Origin: Phyllobates terribilis | Taxonomy: Eukaryota | Assembly (NCBI RefSeq): GCF_046119375.1 | Contig: NW_027362761.1 | Span: 314,092,001 to 314,156,000 of the forward strand | Reading direction: 5' to 3' | DNA: 64,000 nucleotides | Shown: positions 26,400 to 39,033 of the stretch, in pieces | Position numbering within the stretch: the first letter of the stretch is position 1 | Layout: each line of letters opens with the position of its first letter | The notes under the pieces: generated by a model | The model's database searches: none | What the model was told of the DNA's origin: nothing | Seen by the model: the letters and a program-made list of their open reading frames with translations, nothing else | Program-made: the position numbers and the translations under genes

Positions 26400-27300
26400 C
26401 CCACCTTTTTCTATGGTAAGGAAAAAAACTTACTCTCTTTGTTTGCAAGTTTGGATCAACTCTTACTCCACCCCTTTGGCTACTTGTAACAAATCCCTTA
26501 GGTCCTCCCCCCTCCACTCTGGGTGAATTTTATTTACAAGTCCCTCTTTAATTGATTTCTTTAACCCATCCACAAAAGCATCTCCCAATATACGTATATT
26601 AAGAGTGTCCCCTGGTAAATATCCTATATCTGTCCAAGTCATCTGTTAAAGGGCAAAACATTTTTCTACAGTCTCATCTTTTTCCTGAGTGATGTCATTT
26701 AAAGATAAGATTGTCCTCTCTGTTTTGTCAATGCCCAATGCTGCAACTTACAATAGTCTTCCCCTGACTCTAATGTCTGTAAATATTCTGTTCCAGGTCT
26801 GTCAATCAGATAGTCTTTTGACAGTCCTATCTCTTGCTTTATAATATGTGCAGTCATATCTCCTCCTTTTGCGTCTACTAACAATTCTAAATCCTGCCAT
26901 GTTCAGTTCTATATAACCTGTATCTGCTGAACTTGTCTAGCAAAAGGAGCAGGCTTCTCATCAGGGAAGTTGTTTCATCACCTTGGGAGGGGGGCCATGC
27001 CTGTGTGAGGAGTACTGGTCGTTGGTATGTGAGTGTATCCTCTATCAGTCCCCCCCACTCACTGCTCTCTTCCCCCTCCCCATCCCATGTAATTAGCTCT
27101 GGGGGAGGAGGTGTACTATCAGCTACCACATGCGTTTTTGTTATAACTCGTAGAATAGGAGCATTTGGGGAATTTAATTTAGATTTAGTTATCTTGCAAT
27201 TTGAACAGTTATTTTTCCATCCCAAATACTGTACATGTCCACCGTCCTAGTCCATTATAAGGAGGAGGTACTGTTAATTCTGTCTCATTAAGTCCGTTCA
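26400..27300 (-). pseudogene. ERV gag remnant
   Basis: ORFs 26887-27225 (PPPP-rich) and 26699-26884, then capsid-like DITQEKDETVEK and AFVDGLKKSIK; multiple stops. Confidence 0.6.
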
Positions 27301-28081
27301 GTCCATTGTCAAAAGCACTCACACAATACTTTTACTTATAGTGGTTTTCTCACACTTTCTGCACTAATTACTTCCAGAGCCAACATTCTCTAACTGCTCA
27401 ACTGTCCTGATCATGCTTGCTCTAATGAACAGCCTTCTCCCTGAACACATACAGACCAGACCCCCCTGTGGGGAACTTCAGTCATTTCAACATTCTTTTA
27501 CTATCCGTTATGGCATCCTTGCCTTCACGTTATCTGAACATTCTATTTTTTGCTGTCTTTCCATTGGGTTTCTGTCTCCATTTACACGACAAGTTTTCCA
27601 TACTTGCCTCAAAATCAGTGCTAGCACAATATCAACAATAGGCACAAAGCCACGGGTCCAATAGGCAGGCACACAGCCACACATCCTATTATTCTGTAGA
27701 GTAGTCAGTCACAAAGCCACAAATACTACAATACACCCCGTAAATGGTCCATAAGATACCCCTCTGGTGAGATGATCAGTCTCATCAGCCAAATAAGATG
27801 CAGCAACAACAATCCTCTAAGTACAAGTACCACTATATCACACTCATACACTGATCCCATCACATGCACACAGTTCAAAAAGGCATAGGTAACTCTTCCC
27901 AGTTCTTGGACTAGACTATTAATTGCAAAAATAACTCACCTGGATTGGAGGTGACCAGCTCGCAGTAAAAGTGAAATACATTTGTAAGAATAAGCTTCTT
28001 ACCTTATGCTGCAGCGTTTGAATTCACTTTTACTGGAGGGTCCTCCTCACTCTTGATCCGGATAGTATAATGCGCGTCTAG

Positions 28082-28102
28082 TCCCGGGACTTTTCGGCAC
28101 CA
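28082..28102 (-). promoter_or_regulatory. ERV primer-binding site, tRNA-Phe type, with a 3-nt insertion
   Basis: Minus strand TGGTGCCGAAAAGTCCCGGGA versus canonical Phe PBS TGGTGCCGAAACCCGGGA, 5 nt from the 5' LTR. Confidence 0.8.
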
Positions 28103-28604
28103 AATTCTGTGAGCGAAATACGCTCTCCTCTATGCCTTCCGAATTCCAAATTAATAAGATTTGTTTTACGAGCGCTCGGGAAATCAATACAGCACAGCCA
28201 AGAATGGTGTACTAGAAAAGACTTCTCTTTATTAACACATGTGGCACTTTAAATAGGTTCAGAGACAAATAAATAGTTCTCTCTGACCTATGAACCAATA
28301 GTAACCTTAGGGGAGTGAATAGAAATGTGAAACCTCACTGCCCATCAGTGTTACTTGATCACCACTACACAGAAGTTACAAGACAAGATGGATACCACAT
28401 ACTCAAAATGGATTCTTTTCTCTCACATTCTGTACAAGGTTGAATGTGCTGACAACAAAATCACACGAAAATCATCAATGGAAATCAAATTTATTAACCA
28501 ATGGAGGCCTGGATTTGGAGTCACCCCCAAAATTAAAGTGTAAAAACACACTACAAGCTGATCCAACTTTGATGTAATGTCCTTAAAACAAATCAAAATG
28601 AGGC

Positions 28605-29279
28605 TCAGTATTGTGTGTGGCCTCCACGTGCCTGTATGACCTCCCTACAACGCCTGGGCATGCTCCTGATGAGGTTGCGGATGGTCTCCTGTGGGATCTC
28701 CTCCCAGACCTGGACTAAAGCACCCGCCAACTCCTGGACAGTCTGTGGTGCAACGTGACGTTGGTGGATGGAGCGAGACATGATGTCCCAGATGTGCTCA
28801 ATCGGATTCAGGTCTGGGGAATGGGCGGGCCAGTCCATAGCTTCAATGTCTTCATCTTGCAGGAACTGCTGACACACTCCAGCCACATGAGGTCTGGCAT
28901 TGTCCTGCATTAGGAGGAACCCAGGGCCAACCGCACCAGCATATGGTCTCACAAGGGGTCTGAGGATCTCATCTCGGAACCTAATGGCAGTCAGGCTACC
29001 TCTGGCGAGCACATGGAGGGCTGTGCGGCCCTCCAAAGAAATGCCACCCCACACCATTACTAACCCACTGCCAAACCGGTCATGCTGAAGGATGTTGCAG
29101 GCAGCAGATCGCTCTCCACGGCATCTCCAGACTCTGTCACGTCTGTCACATGTGCTCAGTGTGAACCTGCTTTCATTTGTGAAGAGCACAGGGTGCCAGT
29201 GGCGACTTTGCCACTCCTGGTGTTCTGTGGCAAATACCAAGCGACCTGCACGGTGTTGGGCTGTGAGCACAACCCTCAT
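28605..29279 (-). pseudogene. Tc1 transposase catalytic region (degenerate)
   Basis: LFTNESRF, VWGGIS, LMQDNARPH, SPDLNPIEHIWD, RGGHTQY*. Confidence 0.92.
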
Positions 29280-29915
29280 TTGTGGACGTCAGGCCCTCAT
29301 ACCACCCTCATGGAGTCGGTGTCTAACCGTTTGTGCAGACACATGCACATTTGTGGCCTGCTGGAGGTGATTTTGCAGGGCTCTGGCAGTGCTCTTCCTG
29401 TTCCTCCTTGCACAAAGGAGGAGGTAACGGTCCTGCTGCTGGGTTGTTGCCCTGCTATGGCTCCCTCCATATCTCCTGGTATCTGCTCCATGCTCTGGAC
29501 ACTGTGCTGACAGACACAGCTACCCTTCTTGCCACAGCTCGCACTGATGTTCCATCCTGGATGAACTGCACTACCTGAGCAACTTCTGTGGGTTGTATTG
29601 TAGACACTTCCTCATGCTACTATACCTCTAGGAGTGAGAGCAATGGCAAAATGAAAAAGTGACCAAAACAACAGCCAAAAAGGATGAGAACAGAGAAATA
29701 GTCTGTGGTCACCACCTGTTGAAGCACTCCTTTATAGGGGGTATCTTGCTAATTGCCTATCATTTCTACCAGTTGTCTGTTCCATTTGCACAACACCAGG
29801 AGAAATTGATTCACAATCAGTGTTGCTTCATAACTGGACAGGTAGCTTTCACAGAAGTGCTATTGACTTGGAGTTACATTGTGTGGTGTAAGTGTTCCCT
29901 TTATTTTTTTGAACA

Positions 29916-29918
<3 letters not shown>

Positions 29919-29968
<50 letters not shown>
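29919..29968. repeat. (TA)n microsatellite
   Basis: Direct sequence. Confidence 0.97.
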
Positions 29969-29971
<3 letters not shown>

Positions 29972-29974
29972 ATG

Positions 29975-30135
29975 CAAATAAATACAACATTTTTAGCTTT
30001 GAATTTCGGAGACATGTTGTCCGTAGTTTATAGAATAAAACAACAATGTACATTTTACTCAAAAATATACCTATAAAGAGAAAAATCAGAGAAACTGAAA
30101 ATTTTGCAGTGGTCTCTTAATTTTTGCAAGAGCTG
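29975..30135. mobile_element. Tc1-type terminal fragment
   Basis: Ends GTGGTCTCTTAATTTTTGCAAGAGCTG|TA, resembling a Tc1 TIR. Confidence 0.5.
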
Positions 30136-30191
30136 TATATTACAATCAGTGTTCTCCAGTGACCCCCAGCATTCCTGTGTGGTATATGTTA

Positions 30192-30194
<3 letters not shown>

Positions 30195-30258
<64 letters not shown>
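30195..30258. repeat. (TA)n microsatellite
   Basis: Direct sequence. Confidence 0.97.
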
Positions 30259-30261
<3 letters not shown>

Positions 30262-30819
30262 TGGCGTACCGCCAATGGCGGCAGACCACGCCACTGCTAT
30301 GGGGCCCGTGGCCGGAGGGGGCCCGTGAGCCGGGAGGGCCCCAAGCAGCGTGAGAATGAGGAGGATAGGTGAGTAGGAGGTTGAGGCGGTGGAGGAGCTA
30401 GACACAGGCAGTAGCCGCTGCTGCAGCTGCCATGTGTTCCCGCTGCTAAAGGAACATGAATATTCCCTCTTCTCCACTCCCTGGGCATGGAGAAGAGGGA
30501 ATATTCATTCTCTTTAGTAGCGGGCACGGAGGAGCTCTGAGCCGCGGCTCCTGCTGTCAGTCCCGGACGCTAAAGAGAATGCATATTCCCTCTTCTCCAC
30601 GCCAATAGTCTCGGCGTGGAGAAGAGTGAATGTGCCGGCAGCAGCAGCAGCTCACCTCGGCATCTGAGAGCGCGCGCTGCTCAGATGCTGCTGACATGAG
30701 CTGCTGGCAGACAGGACACAGCAGCCCCGGAGCAGAGGTGAGGAAGGAAGGTGAGTATAAAAGTGTTTATTGTTTTATGTGTGCAGTGATTGGGGGATGA
30801 GGGAGCTACACATACCTGG

Positions 30820-31418
30820 ATTGGGGGATTGAGGAGGCCACACATATCAGGATTGGGGGATTGAGGAGGCCACACATACCAGGATTGGGGGATTGAGGAG
30901 GCCACACATACCAGGATATGGGGGATTGAGGAGGCCACACATACCAGGATATGGGGGATTGAGGAGGCCACACATACCAGGATATGGGGGATTGAGGAGG
31001 CCACACATACCAGGATATGGGGGATTGAGGAGGCCACACATACCAGGATATGGGGGATTGAGGAGGCCACACATACCAGGATATGGGGGATTGAGGAGAC
31101 CACACATACCAGGATTTGGGGGATTGAGGAGGCCACACATACCAGGATATGGGGGATTGAGGAGGCCACACATACCAGGATATGGGGGATTGAGGAGGCC
31201 ACACATACCAGGATATGGGGGATTGAGGAGGCCACACATACCAGGATATGGGGGATTGAGGGGGCCACACATACCAGGATATGGGGGACTGAGGGGGCCA
31301 CACATACCAGGATATGGGGGATTGAGGGGGCCACACTTACCAGGATATGGGGGATTGAGGGGGCCACACATACCAGGATATGGGGGATTGAGGGGGCCAC
31401 ACATACCAGGATATGGGG
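30820..31418. repeat. 33-bp minisatellite (~18 copies)
   Basis: GGGGATTGAGGAGGCCACACATACCAGGATATG repeated. Confidence 0.97.
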
Positions 31419-31699
31419 AAATTTACTATTTACTAGTAGCTGCTGCATTTCCCACCCTAGGCTTATACTCAAGTCAATAGGTTTTCCCATTTTTTATGTG
31501 GTAAAATTAGGGGCCTCGGCTTATATTCGGGTCGGCTCATTTAAAATATACGGTATTTTAAAATCAGTGCGTACGTGGTGCCCATAATACTGCAGGACTG
31601 TGGCGTGCATTATACTATATGGGGGCTGCATTTTACCGTATGGGGTGTGTAATATACTGTATGGAGGACTATGGGGAGTGCATTATGTTCTATGGAGGA

Positions 31700-31980
31700 C
31701 CATAGGAAGTTCATTATACTATATGGAGGATTATGGGGGGTGCATTATACTATATGGAGGATTATGGGGGGTGCATTATACTATATGGAGGATTATGGGG
31801 GGAGCATTATACTATATGGAGGATTATGGGGGGAGCATTATACTATATGGAGGATTATGGGGGGAGCATTATACTATATGGAGGATTATGGGGGGAGCAT
31901 TATACTATATGGAGGATTATGGGGGCGCATTATACTATATGGAAGATTATCGGTGGTGTATTATACTATATGGAAGGCTA
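31700..31980. repeat. ~31-bp minisatellite
   Basis: GGGGAGCATTATACTATATGGAGGATTATGG repeated. Confidence 0.93.
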
Positions 31981-32470
31981 TGTTGGGCCATTATAATATT
32001 TGAGGGCTATGTGGGGGGCCATTATACGGTATGAAAGCAATTATACAGTGTGAAGGTTTGTGTGGGGTCCGTTATACTGTTTGGAGGGCTGTGTGGGGGC
32101 CATTATACTGTTTGGAGGGCTGTGTGGGGGCCATTAGAGTGTATGGAGGGCTCTGTGGAGGTCACAGTTGGGGGATTATACTGTATTAGGGTCACCATAC
32201 TTTACCGTGGGAGTTGAAGTGGGGTAAAATAGGGTCATTATACTGTGCATGTGGAGGAATGCACCATAGGGGTATCATACTGTTTGGGGGACACTTTTGT
32301 TGGCATCATACTTTATGGGGCAATGAAAGAGGAATCTACGACTTCAGCAGGAGGAAAATTACTATGTAAAGGCTGGAAAGTTATGAGATCTGCTCTTCTG
32401 TGACACAGACAAATATTTATTTTTTGTGGGGGGGGGGCCCAATTAGAGCTCTGCTATGGGGCCCCATAAC

Positions 32471-32603
32471 NNNNNNNNNNNNNNNNNNNNNNNNNNNNNN
32501 NNNNNNNNNNNNNNNNNNNNNNNNNNNNNNNNNNNNNNNNNNNNNNNNNNNNNNNNNNNNNNNNNNNNNNNNNNNNNNNNNNNNNNNNNNNNNNNNNNNN
32601 NNN
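32471..32603. other. Assembly gap (133 N)
   Basis: Run of N. Confidence 1.
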
Positions 32604-32664
32604 TTAGCTTGTAATGTCTTCACATCCTGTTCCATCCAGATGTGTCCGGATCCCAGAATTCCAA

Positions 32665-33444
32665 GCGCCGTACGCACCACACACACACACACTGTATACG
32701 CTGTACACACACACACTGTATACTCCGTACGCACTACACACACACTGTATACGCCGTACGCACCACACACACACTATATACTCCGTATGCACCACACACA
32801 CTGTATACGCCGTACGCACCACACATACACACACTGTATACATCATAAGCACCACATACACACACACTGTATACGCCGTACGCACCACACACACACACAC
32901 ACACTGTATATGTCGTACGCACCACACACACACTGTATACGCCGTACGCACCACATACACACACACTGTATACGCCGTACGCACCACACACACACTGTAT
33001 ACACCGTATGCACCACACACACTGTATACGCCATACGCACCACACACATACTGTATACGCCGTAAGCACCACCACACACACACTCTGTATACGCCGTACG
33101 CACCACACACACACACAGTATACGCCGTACACACCACACACACACTGTATACGCCGTACGCACCACACACACACACACTGTATACGCTGTACGCACCATT
33201 CACACTGTACACGCCATACGCACCACACACACACTGTATACGCTGTACGCACCACCACACATACACTCTGTATACGCAGTACGGACCACACACACACTGT
33301 ATACGCCATACGCACCACACACACACACTGTATACGCCGTATGCACCACACACACACACACTGTATACGCCATACGCACCACATACAGACACACTGTATA
33401 CGCCGTACGCACCACATACACACACACTGTATACGCCGTACACA

Positions 33445-33478
<34 letters not shown>

Positions 33479-33535
33479 TATACGCCGTACGCACCCCACA
33501 CACACACTGTATATGCCGTACACACACACACTGTA
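32665..33535. repeat. Variable (CA)n-containing minisatellite
   Basis: CACACACACTGTATACGCCGTACGCAC units with variable CA length. Confidence 0.96.
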
Positions 33536-36500
33536 TCCACGGGGACGCCAAGGACTACCCCATTGCCCGAGTAACAATAAAAACTAAGTGTGGGACTGAG
33601 ACTCATGAGGTTGGGGTGGTGGAGGGCCTGCTGCACCCGGTAATAATAGGGCGGGACTTCAGACTGTTCTGGCATTTGTGGGGAAAGGTGGGGGTACCCA
33701 CTAACTCAGGTAAGAGCCAGTTCGTCCGTGAAGAATCCTCTTTGCAGTCAGAGGCGGAAGAGTTTCCCTTGTGTGTCCTAGCTGGTGACGAGGACGAGAC
33801 CGTGACCCATGAGGATGAGATTCCAGAATTGGGGGTTTCTAGGGGGAATTTTGGGACTGCTCAAATCGAGGACCTTACATTAAAAGGTGCATGGGACAAT
33901 GTGACTGTGATAAATGGGGTCGCCCAAGAGCTGGGGGCTGACACCAGGTTGCCTTATTTTGCAGTCAATGAGGATTTGCTATATCGGGTCACTAAACAGA
34001 GAGGGGAAGTGTTAGAGCAGCTGTTGGTACCAGGACCCTATAGGAGTAGGGTGCTAGACCTAGCCCATTCTCGTGTCTTGGGGGGGCATCTGGGCATAGA
34101 CAAAACCCAAGAGCGGGTCCTTCAGAGGTTTTACTGGCCTGGGTGTCACTGGGAGGTTGTTAGTTACTGTCAATCCTGTCCTACGTGCCAGCTAACTGCT
34201 CCCGTGTCCTACTTCCGTAGTCCCCTGGTCCCATTACCCATTATAGAGGTTCCATTTGACCGCATTGCTATGGACCTGGTAGGGCCCTTAGTTAAGTCTG
34301 CCAGAGGTCACCAATACATCCTGGTGGTGCTGGACTACGCCACATGATACCCGGAGGCGGTACCATTGAGAAACTCCTCTACCCGGATTATAGCGCGTGA
34401 ACTAGTCCATATTTTCTCCTGAACAGGCCCGCCAAAGGAGATCCTGACAGACCAAGGGACTCCGCTCATGTCAAGAGTGATGAGGGAGTTGTGTAAAGCT
34501 CTGCAAATTACCCAACTCCGGACGTCTGTGTACCATCCGCAGACGGACGACCTGGTTGAGAGATTCAACAAGACCCTAAAGTCTATGCTAAAAAAGGTCG
34601 TGGAGAAGGATGGCTGAGACTGGGATTGGCTACTTCCCTACCTGCTATTCTCCATTAGGGAAGTTCCCCAGGCCTCTACGGGGTTCTCACCCTTCGAGCT
34701 GCTTTACGGGTGGCACACTCGGGGACTGCTGGACATTGCGAAGGAGACCTGGGAAGCCGAGGTGACACCCCACCGGTGCGTCATCGAGCATGTGGCCCAG
34801 ATGCAAGACCAGATCGCGAGGGTGATGCCGATTGTAAGAGAGAGCCTCCTTCAAGCCCAAGAGGCCCAGGCAAGAGTCTACAATCGATCTGCAAGACTGA
34901 GACAGTTCAGTCCTGGAGACCGGGTGTTGATGTTGATCCCAACAGTGGAGAGTAAATTCCTGGCTAAGTGGCAAGGGCCATATGAGGTGGTCGAATAGTT
35001 GAGTGACGTCAACTACATGGTCCACCAACCAGGAAGAAGAAAGCTGAATCAGGTATATCACGTTAACCTGCTCAAACCTTGGCGAGACAGGGAGCCGATG
35101 GTGGCTACGTGCCTGGAGGCCCAGCCTGAAGCCCGTATCGAGGATGTCACAGTGGCAGAGACACTGTCACCGGCTCAAAAGCAACAGTGCCGAGAGCTGC
35201 TTCAGCGGAACCGTGACCTGTTTTCAGAGCTGCCAGGTTGTACGCAGGTGGTTGAACACGAAATCTTGACAGAGCCACATGTGAGGGTGATTCAAAGGCC
35301 TTATCGGATTCCGGAAGCCCACCGCGAGGTGATCTCCAAGGAGGTGAGGAGAATGTTGAGCCTCGGTGTCATCGAGGAGTCAAAAAGGGTCTGGTCTAGC
35401 CCCATTGTCCTGGTGCCGAAGCCGGATGGAGAATGGCGGTTCTGTAATGACTACCGGAAGCAGAATGAAGTATCAAAATTTGACGCATATCCGATGCTCT
35501 GTGTTAATGAGCTTATTGAGAGGCTAGGGTCAGCCAGATATATCACCACCCTGGACCTAACGAAAGGGTACTGGCAGATTCTCTTGTCCCCAAGTGCCAA
35601 GGAGAAGATGGCCTTCTCTACTCCTGACGGGTGCTTCCAGTACACCAGGATGCCATTCGGTCTGCAGGGAGCAACAGCTACCTTCCAGATGGCCATGGAT
35701 CGGATACTAGCCTCTCACAAGAAGTACGCCGCGGCTTACCTGGATGACATCGTAATATTCAGTCATTTACAGAAGGTCCAGGTGGTACTGGATGCGCTAA
35801 GGAAGGCAGGGTTTACGATAAACCCAAAGAAGTGTGTCATCGGGAAAGAAGAGGCAAAGTACTTGGGCTACGTCGTCGGAAGGGGCAAAATAAAGCCGCA
35901 AGTAAAGAATGTGGAGGCTATCTGAAACTGGCCGCAACCAAACTCCAAGAAGCAAGTTCGTGCGTTTCTGGGAATTGTGGGCTATTATCGGCTATTTATT
36001 CCAAATTTCGCCATGATAGCCGCTCCCCTGACTGATCTTCTTAAGGGCACGAAGACATCAATGGCAAAATGGTTCTCGGAAGCGGAGATGGCATTCCAGG
36101 AGTTGAAGCTCGCCCTATGTGGACAGCCGGCCTTAGTCGCGCCTGACTTCACTAAGGAATTCGTGGTGCAGACTGACGCCTCTGAGGTCGGTTTGGGAGC
36201 TGTGTTGTCCCAGGAAATAGATGGGGATGAATGTCCAGTCCTATTCCTGAGTAGGAAACTCACCTCCTGTGAAAAAAACTATGCCATCGTAGAGAAGGAG
36301 TGCTTGGCCATCAAATGGGCAGTTGAGACACTAAGATACTGCCTGTTAGGCCGAAAGTTCAGGCTAGTGTCAGACTATGCACCCCTGAGATGGATGAGGG
36401 AAAGGAAGGGGAACAATGCCCGGATAACTAGGTGGTTCCTAGAAATCCAAGATTTTAATTTTCATGTAGAGCACAGGCCCGGGAAACTACATGGAAACGC

Positions 36501-37096
36501 AGACGCCCTGTCCAGATTTCCCTGTTTAGCGAGTGAAGGTGCCAAAACCCCCGGCTTTGGGCAGGGGAGGGGGATATGTTACAAAGTCACTGTTAAAATG
36601 GTGGAGGGGAGATATGTTTCCCTGCGGCTATGGGCGTCAGTGAATTGAAACCGTTAAGTTTCCTCCAGCATGTTATGTGCAAGGAGGGGTGAAGTCTATA
36701 TTTCCAAAGGGAGTGTTTTTATGAGAACGACCATATAGCGGGTGAGAGGTTGTTCTCCATATCTCCTCCCCAGGGTGTGGTCTGGGGGAGGTTTAAATAC
36801 TTGGCCAGCTGAGGCATTCAGAGTTCAATGTCTGGAGAAGTAAGCTCCAGAAGGGAGCTTGTGTTTGAACCATGTGGAGTTGCTGAAATCTCAGCAGGTG
36901 AATCCCTGCTACTCCAAGAACTGTGTTCTATGTGTTACCATTTTTGCTTTGTTTTCCTGTTTTGCCCAGCGGGCTGTGTTTATTTTTATGGACTAAAGGT
37001 TGGTTTATGCAGCATTACAATAAATCAACCAAAGATTTAAAGAGACGGCGTACCTGTGTCTACCTCCGTGTGCAGCCGAGTGAGCGATCTACCAGA
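33531..37096 (+). mobile_element. 5'-truncated, degenerate Gmr1-like retrotransposon (protease tail, IN, RT, RH, PPT, 3' LTR 36577-37096)
   Basis: CIHGDAKDYP, IAMDLVGP, AYLDDIVIF, QTDASEVGLG in the same order as the 5178 ORF; PPT GGGCAGGGGAGGGGGATA|TGTTAC; several stops. Confidence 0.93.
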
Positions 37097-37147
37097 GTAT
37101 ATATATATTACCAGCAGTGTCCTCCCGTGACCCCGGACATTCATGTA

Positions 37148-38436
37148 CACTACCGTTCAAAAGCTTGGGGTCATTTAGAAATGTCATTATTTTTGAAAGA
37201 AAGGCACTTTTTTTTTCAATGAAGCTAACATTAAATGAATCAGAAATACACTCTATACATTGTTAATGTGGTAAATTACTATTCTAGCTGCAAACGTCTT
37301 GTTTTTATTGCAATATCTACATAGGTGTATAGAGGCCCATTTCCAACAATCACCACTCCAGTGTTTTAATGGCACATTGTGCTTGCTAACTGTGTAAGAA
37401 GGCTAATTGATGTTTAGAAAACCGTAGAAAACCCTTGGACAAGTATGTTAGCCCAGCTTAAAACGGTTTGGCTGATTTGAGAAGCTATAAAATTGACCTT
37501 CCTTTGAGCTAGTTGAGAATCTAGAGCATTACATTTGTTTGTTCTATGAAACTCTCAAAATTACCAGAAAAAGAGAACTTTCATGTGAAACTCGACAGTC
37601 TATTCTTGCTCTTAGAAATGAAGGCTATTCCATGCGAGAAATTGCCAAGAAACTGAAGATTTCCTACAACGGTGTGTAGTACTCCCTTCAGAGGAGAGCA
37701 CAAACAGGCTCTAACCAGAGTAGAAAGAGAAGTGGGAGGCCCTGCTGCACAACTGAGCAACAAGACAAGTACATTAGAGTCTCTAGTTTGAGAAATCAAT
37801 GCCTCACAGCTCCTCAACTGGCAGCTTCACTAAATAGTACAAGAAAAATGCCAGTGTCAACATCTACAGTGAAGAGACGACTCCGGGATGCTGGCCTTCA
37901 GGGCAAAGTGGCAAAGAAAAAGCCATATCTGAGACTGGCTAATAAAAGGAAAAGATTAATATGGGCAAAAGAACAGACATTGGACAGAGGAAGATTGGAA
38001 AAAAGTTTTATGGACAGACAAATCAAAGTTTGAGGTGTTTGGATCACACAGGAGAAGATTTGTGAGAAGCTGAACAACTGAAAAGATGCTGGGAGAGTGC
38101 CTGACGCCATCTGTCAAGCATGGTGGAGGTAATGTGATGGTCTGGGGTTGCTTTGGTGCTGGTAAAGTGGGAGATTTGTACAAGGTAAATGGGATTTTGA
38201 ATAAGGAAGGCTACCACTCCATTTTACAACGCCATGCCATACCCTGTGGACAGCGCTTGATTGGAGCCAATTTCATCCTACAACAGGACAATGACCCAAA
38301 GCACACCTCCAAATTATGCATGGAACTATTTAGGGAAGAAGCAGGCAGCTGGTATTCTATCTGTAATGGAGTGGCCAGCGCAGTCACCAGATCTCAACCC
38401 CATTGAGCTGTTGTGGGAGCAGCTTGACCGTATGGT
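37148..38436 (+). mobile_element. 3'-truncated Tc1-like element, degenerate transposase
   Basis: TA|CACTACCGTTCAAAAGCTTGGGGTCA; KHGGGNVMVWGCF, QQDNDPKHT, SPDLNPIELLW; no right TIR. Confidence 0.9.
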
Positions 38437-38660
38437 ATATATCCAAGTTTTATTAATCTGTGAAAAAAAAATTTTTTCCCCAAATACATAAAGTATAACA
38501 ACGTAAAAATCCATAAAATATATAATAGTGTAAAAACATCCTGTCTGACCTGTGATGTTCGCTCCATTAAAAACAGGAGCAATTCCATAAAAAAAACAAT
38601 AAAAAGCCAGAAGAGGCCACTAGAGAGCAGTGAGCATGAGCATCCTGGAACAGCTCCATC

Positions 38661-38824
38661 TAGTGGTGTCAGTACTGAACTGTCTACATCGGAGGGGATT
38701 TTTTGAGGCCCTCACTCCAACAACTCCGATCTAGTCTCCTCAGCAGTGAAGAGTCTAGACCGGAGGGGCTGAAGTGAGGAGCACAAAAAATCACCGCCGA
38801 TCTAGACGCAACCATGACACACTA
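38661..38824. repeat. Imperfect ~165-bp palindrome (old MITE-like)
   Basis: AGTGGTGTCA/TGACACCACT, ATTTTTTG/CAAAAAAT, CCTCACT/AGTGAGG arms pair symmetrically. Confidence 0.7.
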
Positions 38825-38877
38825 TGGCGTCTGGTGCTAAACTAGAGCACGCCCATAATGTACCGTCAGGACACGCC

Positions 38878-38889
38878 CCGGAAGTGACG
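38878..38889 (+). promoter_or_regulatory. ETS-CRE composite motif in a probable host-gene promoter
   Basis: CCGGAAGTGACG in a CpG-richer patch ~50 nt upstream of the exon-1 ATG. Confidence 0.65.
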
Positions 38890-38938
38890 ACATACCTGGA
38901 AGGAGCCCATACATTCTACCGTCTCCCCTGCCTACAGG

Positions 38939-39033
38939 ATGCCGCAGGAGCCCGGGCTCTGTGTACATTTCTATCAGGAGCGGGGCCTCCATTCACTGGG
39001 TGCAGTGACTCTGGCGCTCAGGCAGTTCACGGA
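38939..39033 (+). CDS. Host gene coding exon 1 (THADA-like paralogue, tentative)
   Basis: ATG with A at -3, first in-frame ATG after a TGA at 38885; MPQEPGLCVHFYQERGLHSLGAVTLALRQFT; donor GA|GTGAGT, phase 2. Confidence 0.75.

Larger units (their letters stand above)
12859..28427 (-). mobile_element. Degenerate class-I (gamma/epsilon-like) endogenous retrovirus
   Basis: 5' LTR 28108-28427; 3' LTR 12859-13083 + 21979-22067 (split by hAT); TG..CA ends; 4-bp TSD TTCT; PPT AAAAGGGGGGAAA at 22068-22080; gag, pol, env remnants in order. Confidence 0.93.
12775..29918 (-). mobile_element. Tc1-like transposon split by the ERV (12775-12858 and 28428-29918)
   Basis: TIRs CACTGCTCAAAAAATAAAGGGAACACT / AGTGTTCCCTTTATTTTTTTGAACAGTG; sequence continuous across TTCT TSD. 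Confidence 0.92.
30259..32470. mobile_element. Non-autonomous hAT-like element carrying minisatellites, truncated by the gap
   Basis: CAGTGGCGTACC terminus; GGGGCCC subterminal motifs near 30300 and again just before the gap. Confidence 0.55.

Noticed and set aside
28082-28102. tRNA gene
   Set aside because: Only a PBS complementary to a tRNA 3' end; no cloverleaf or A/B boxes. No rRNA or tRNA genes were seen in the window.
30681-34347. Repeat-protein ORFs (SIPHILVCVA, RRPHIPGYGGL, HTLYTPYAP)
   Set aside because: Minisatellite read-through, open in several frames on both strands.
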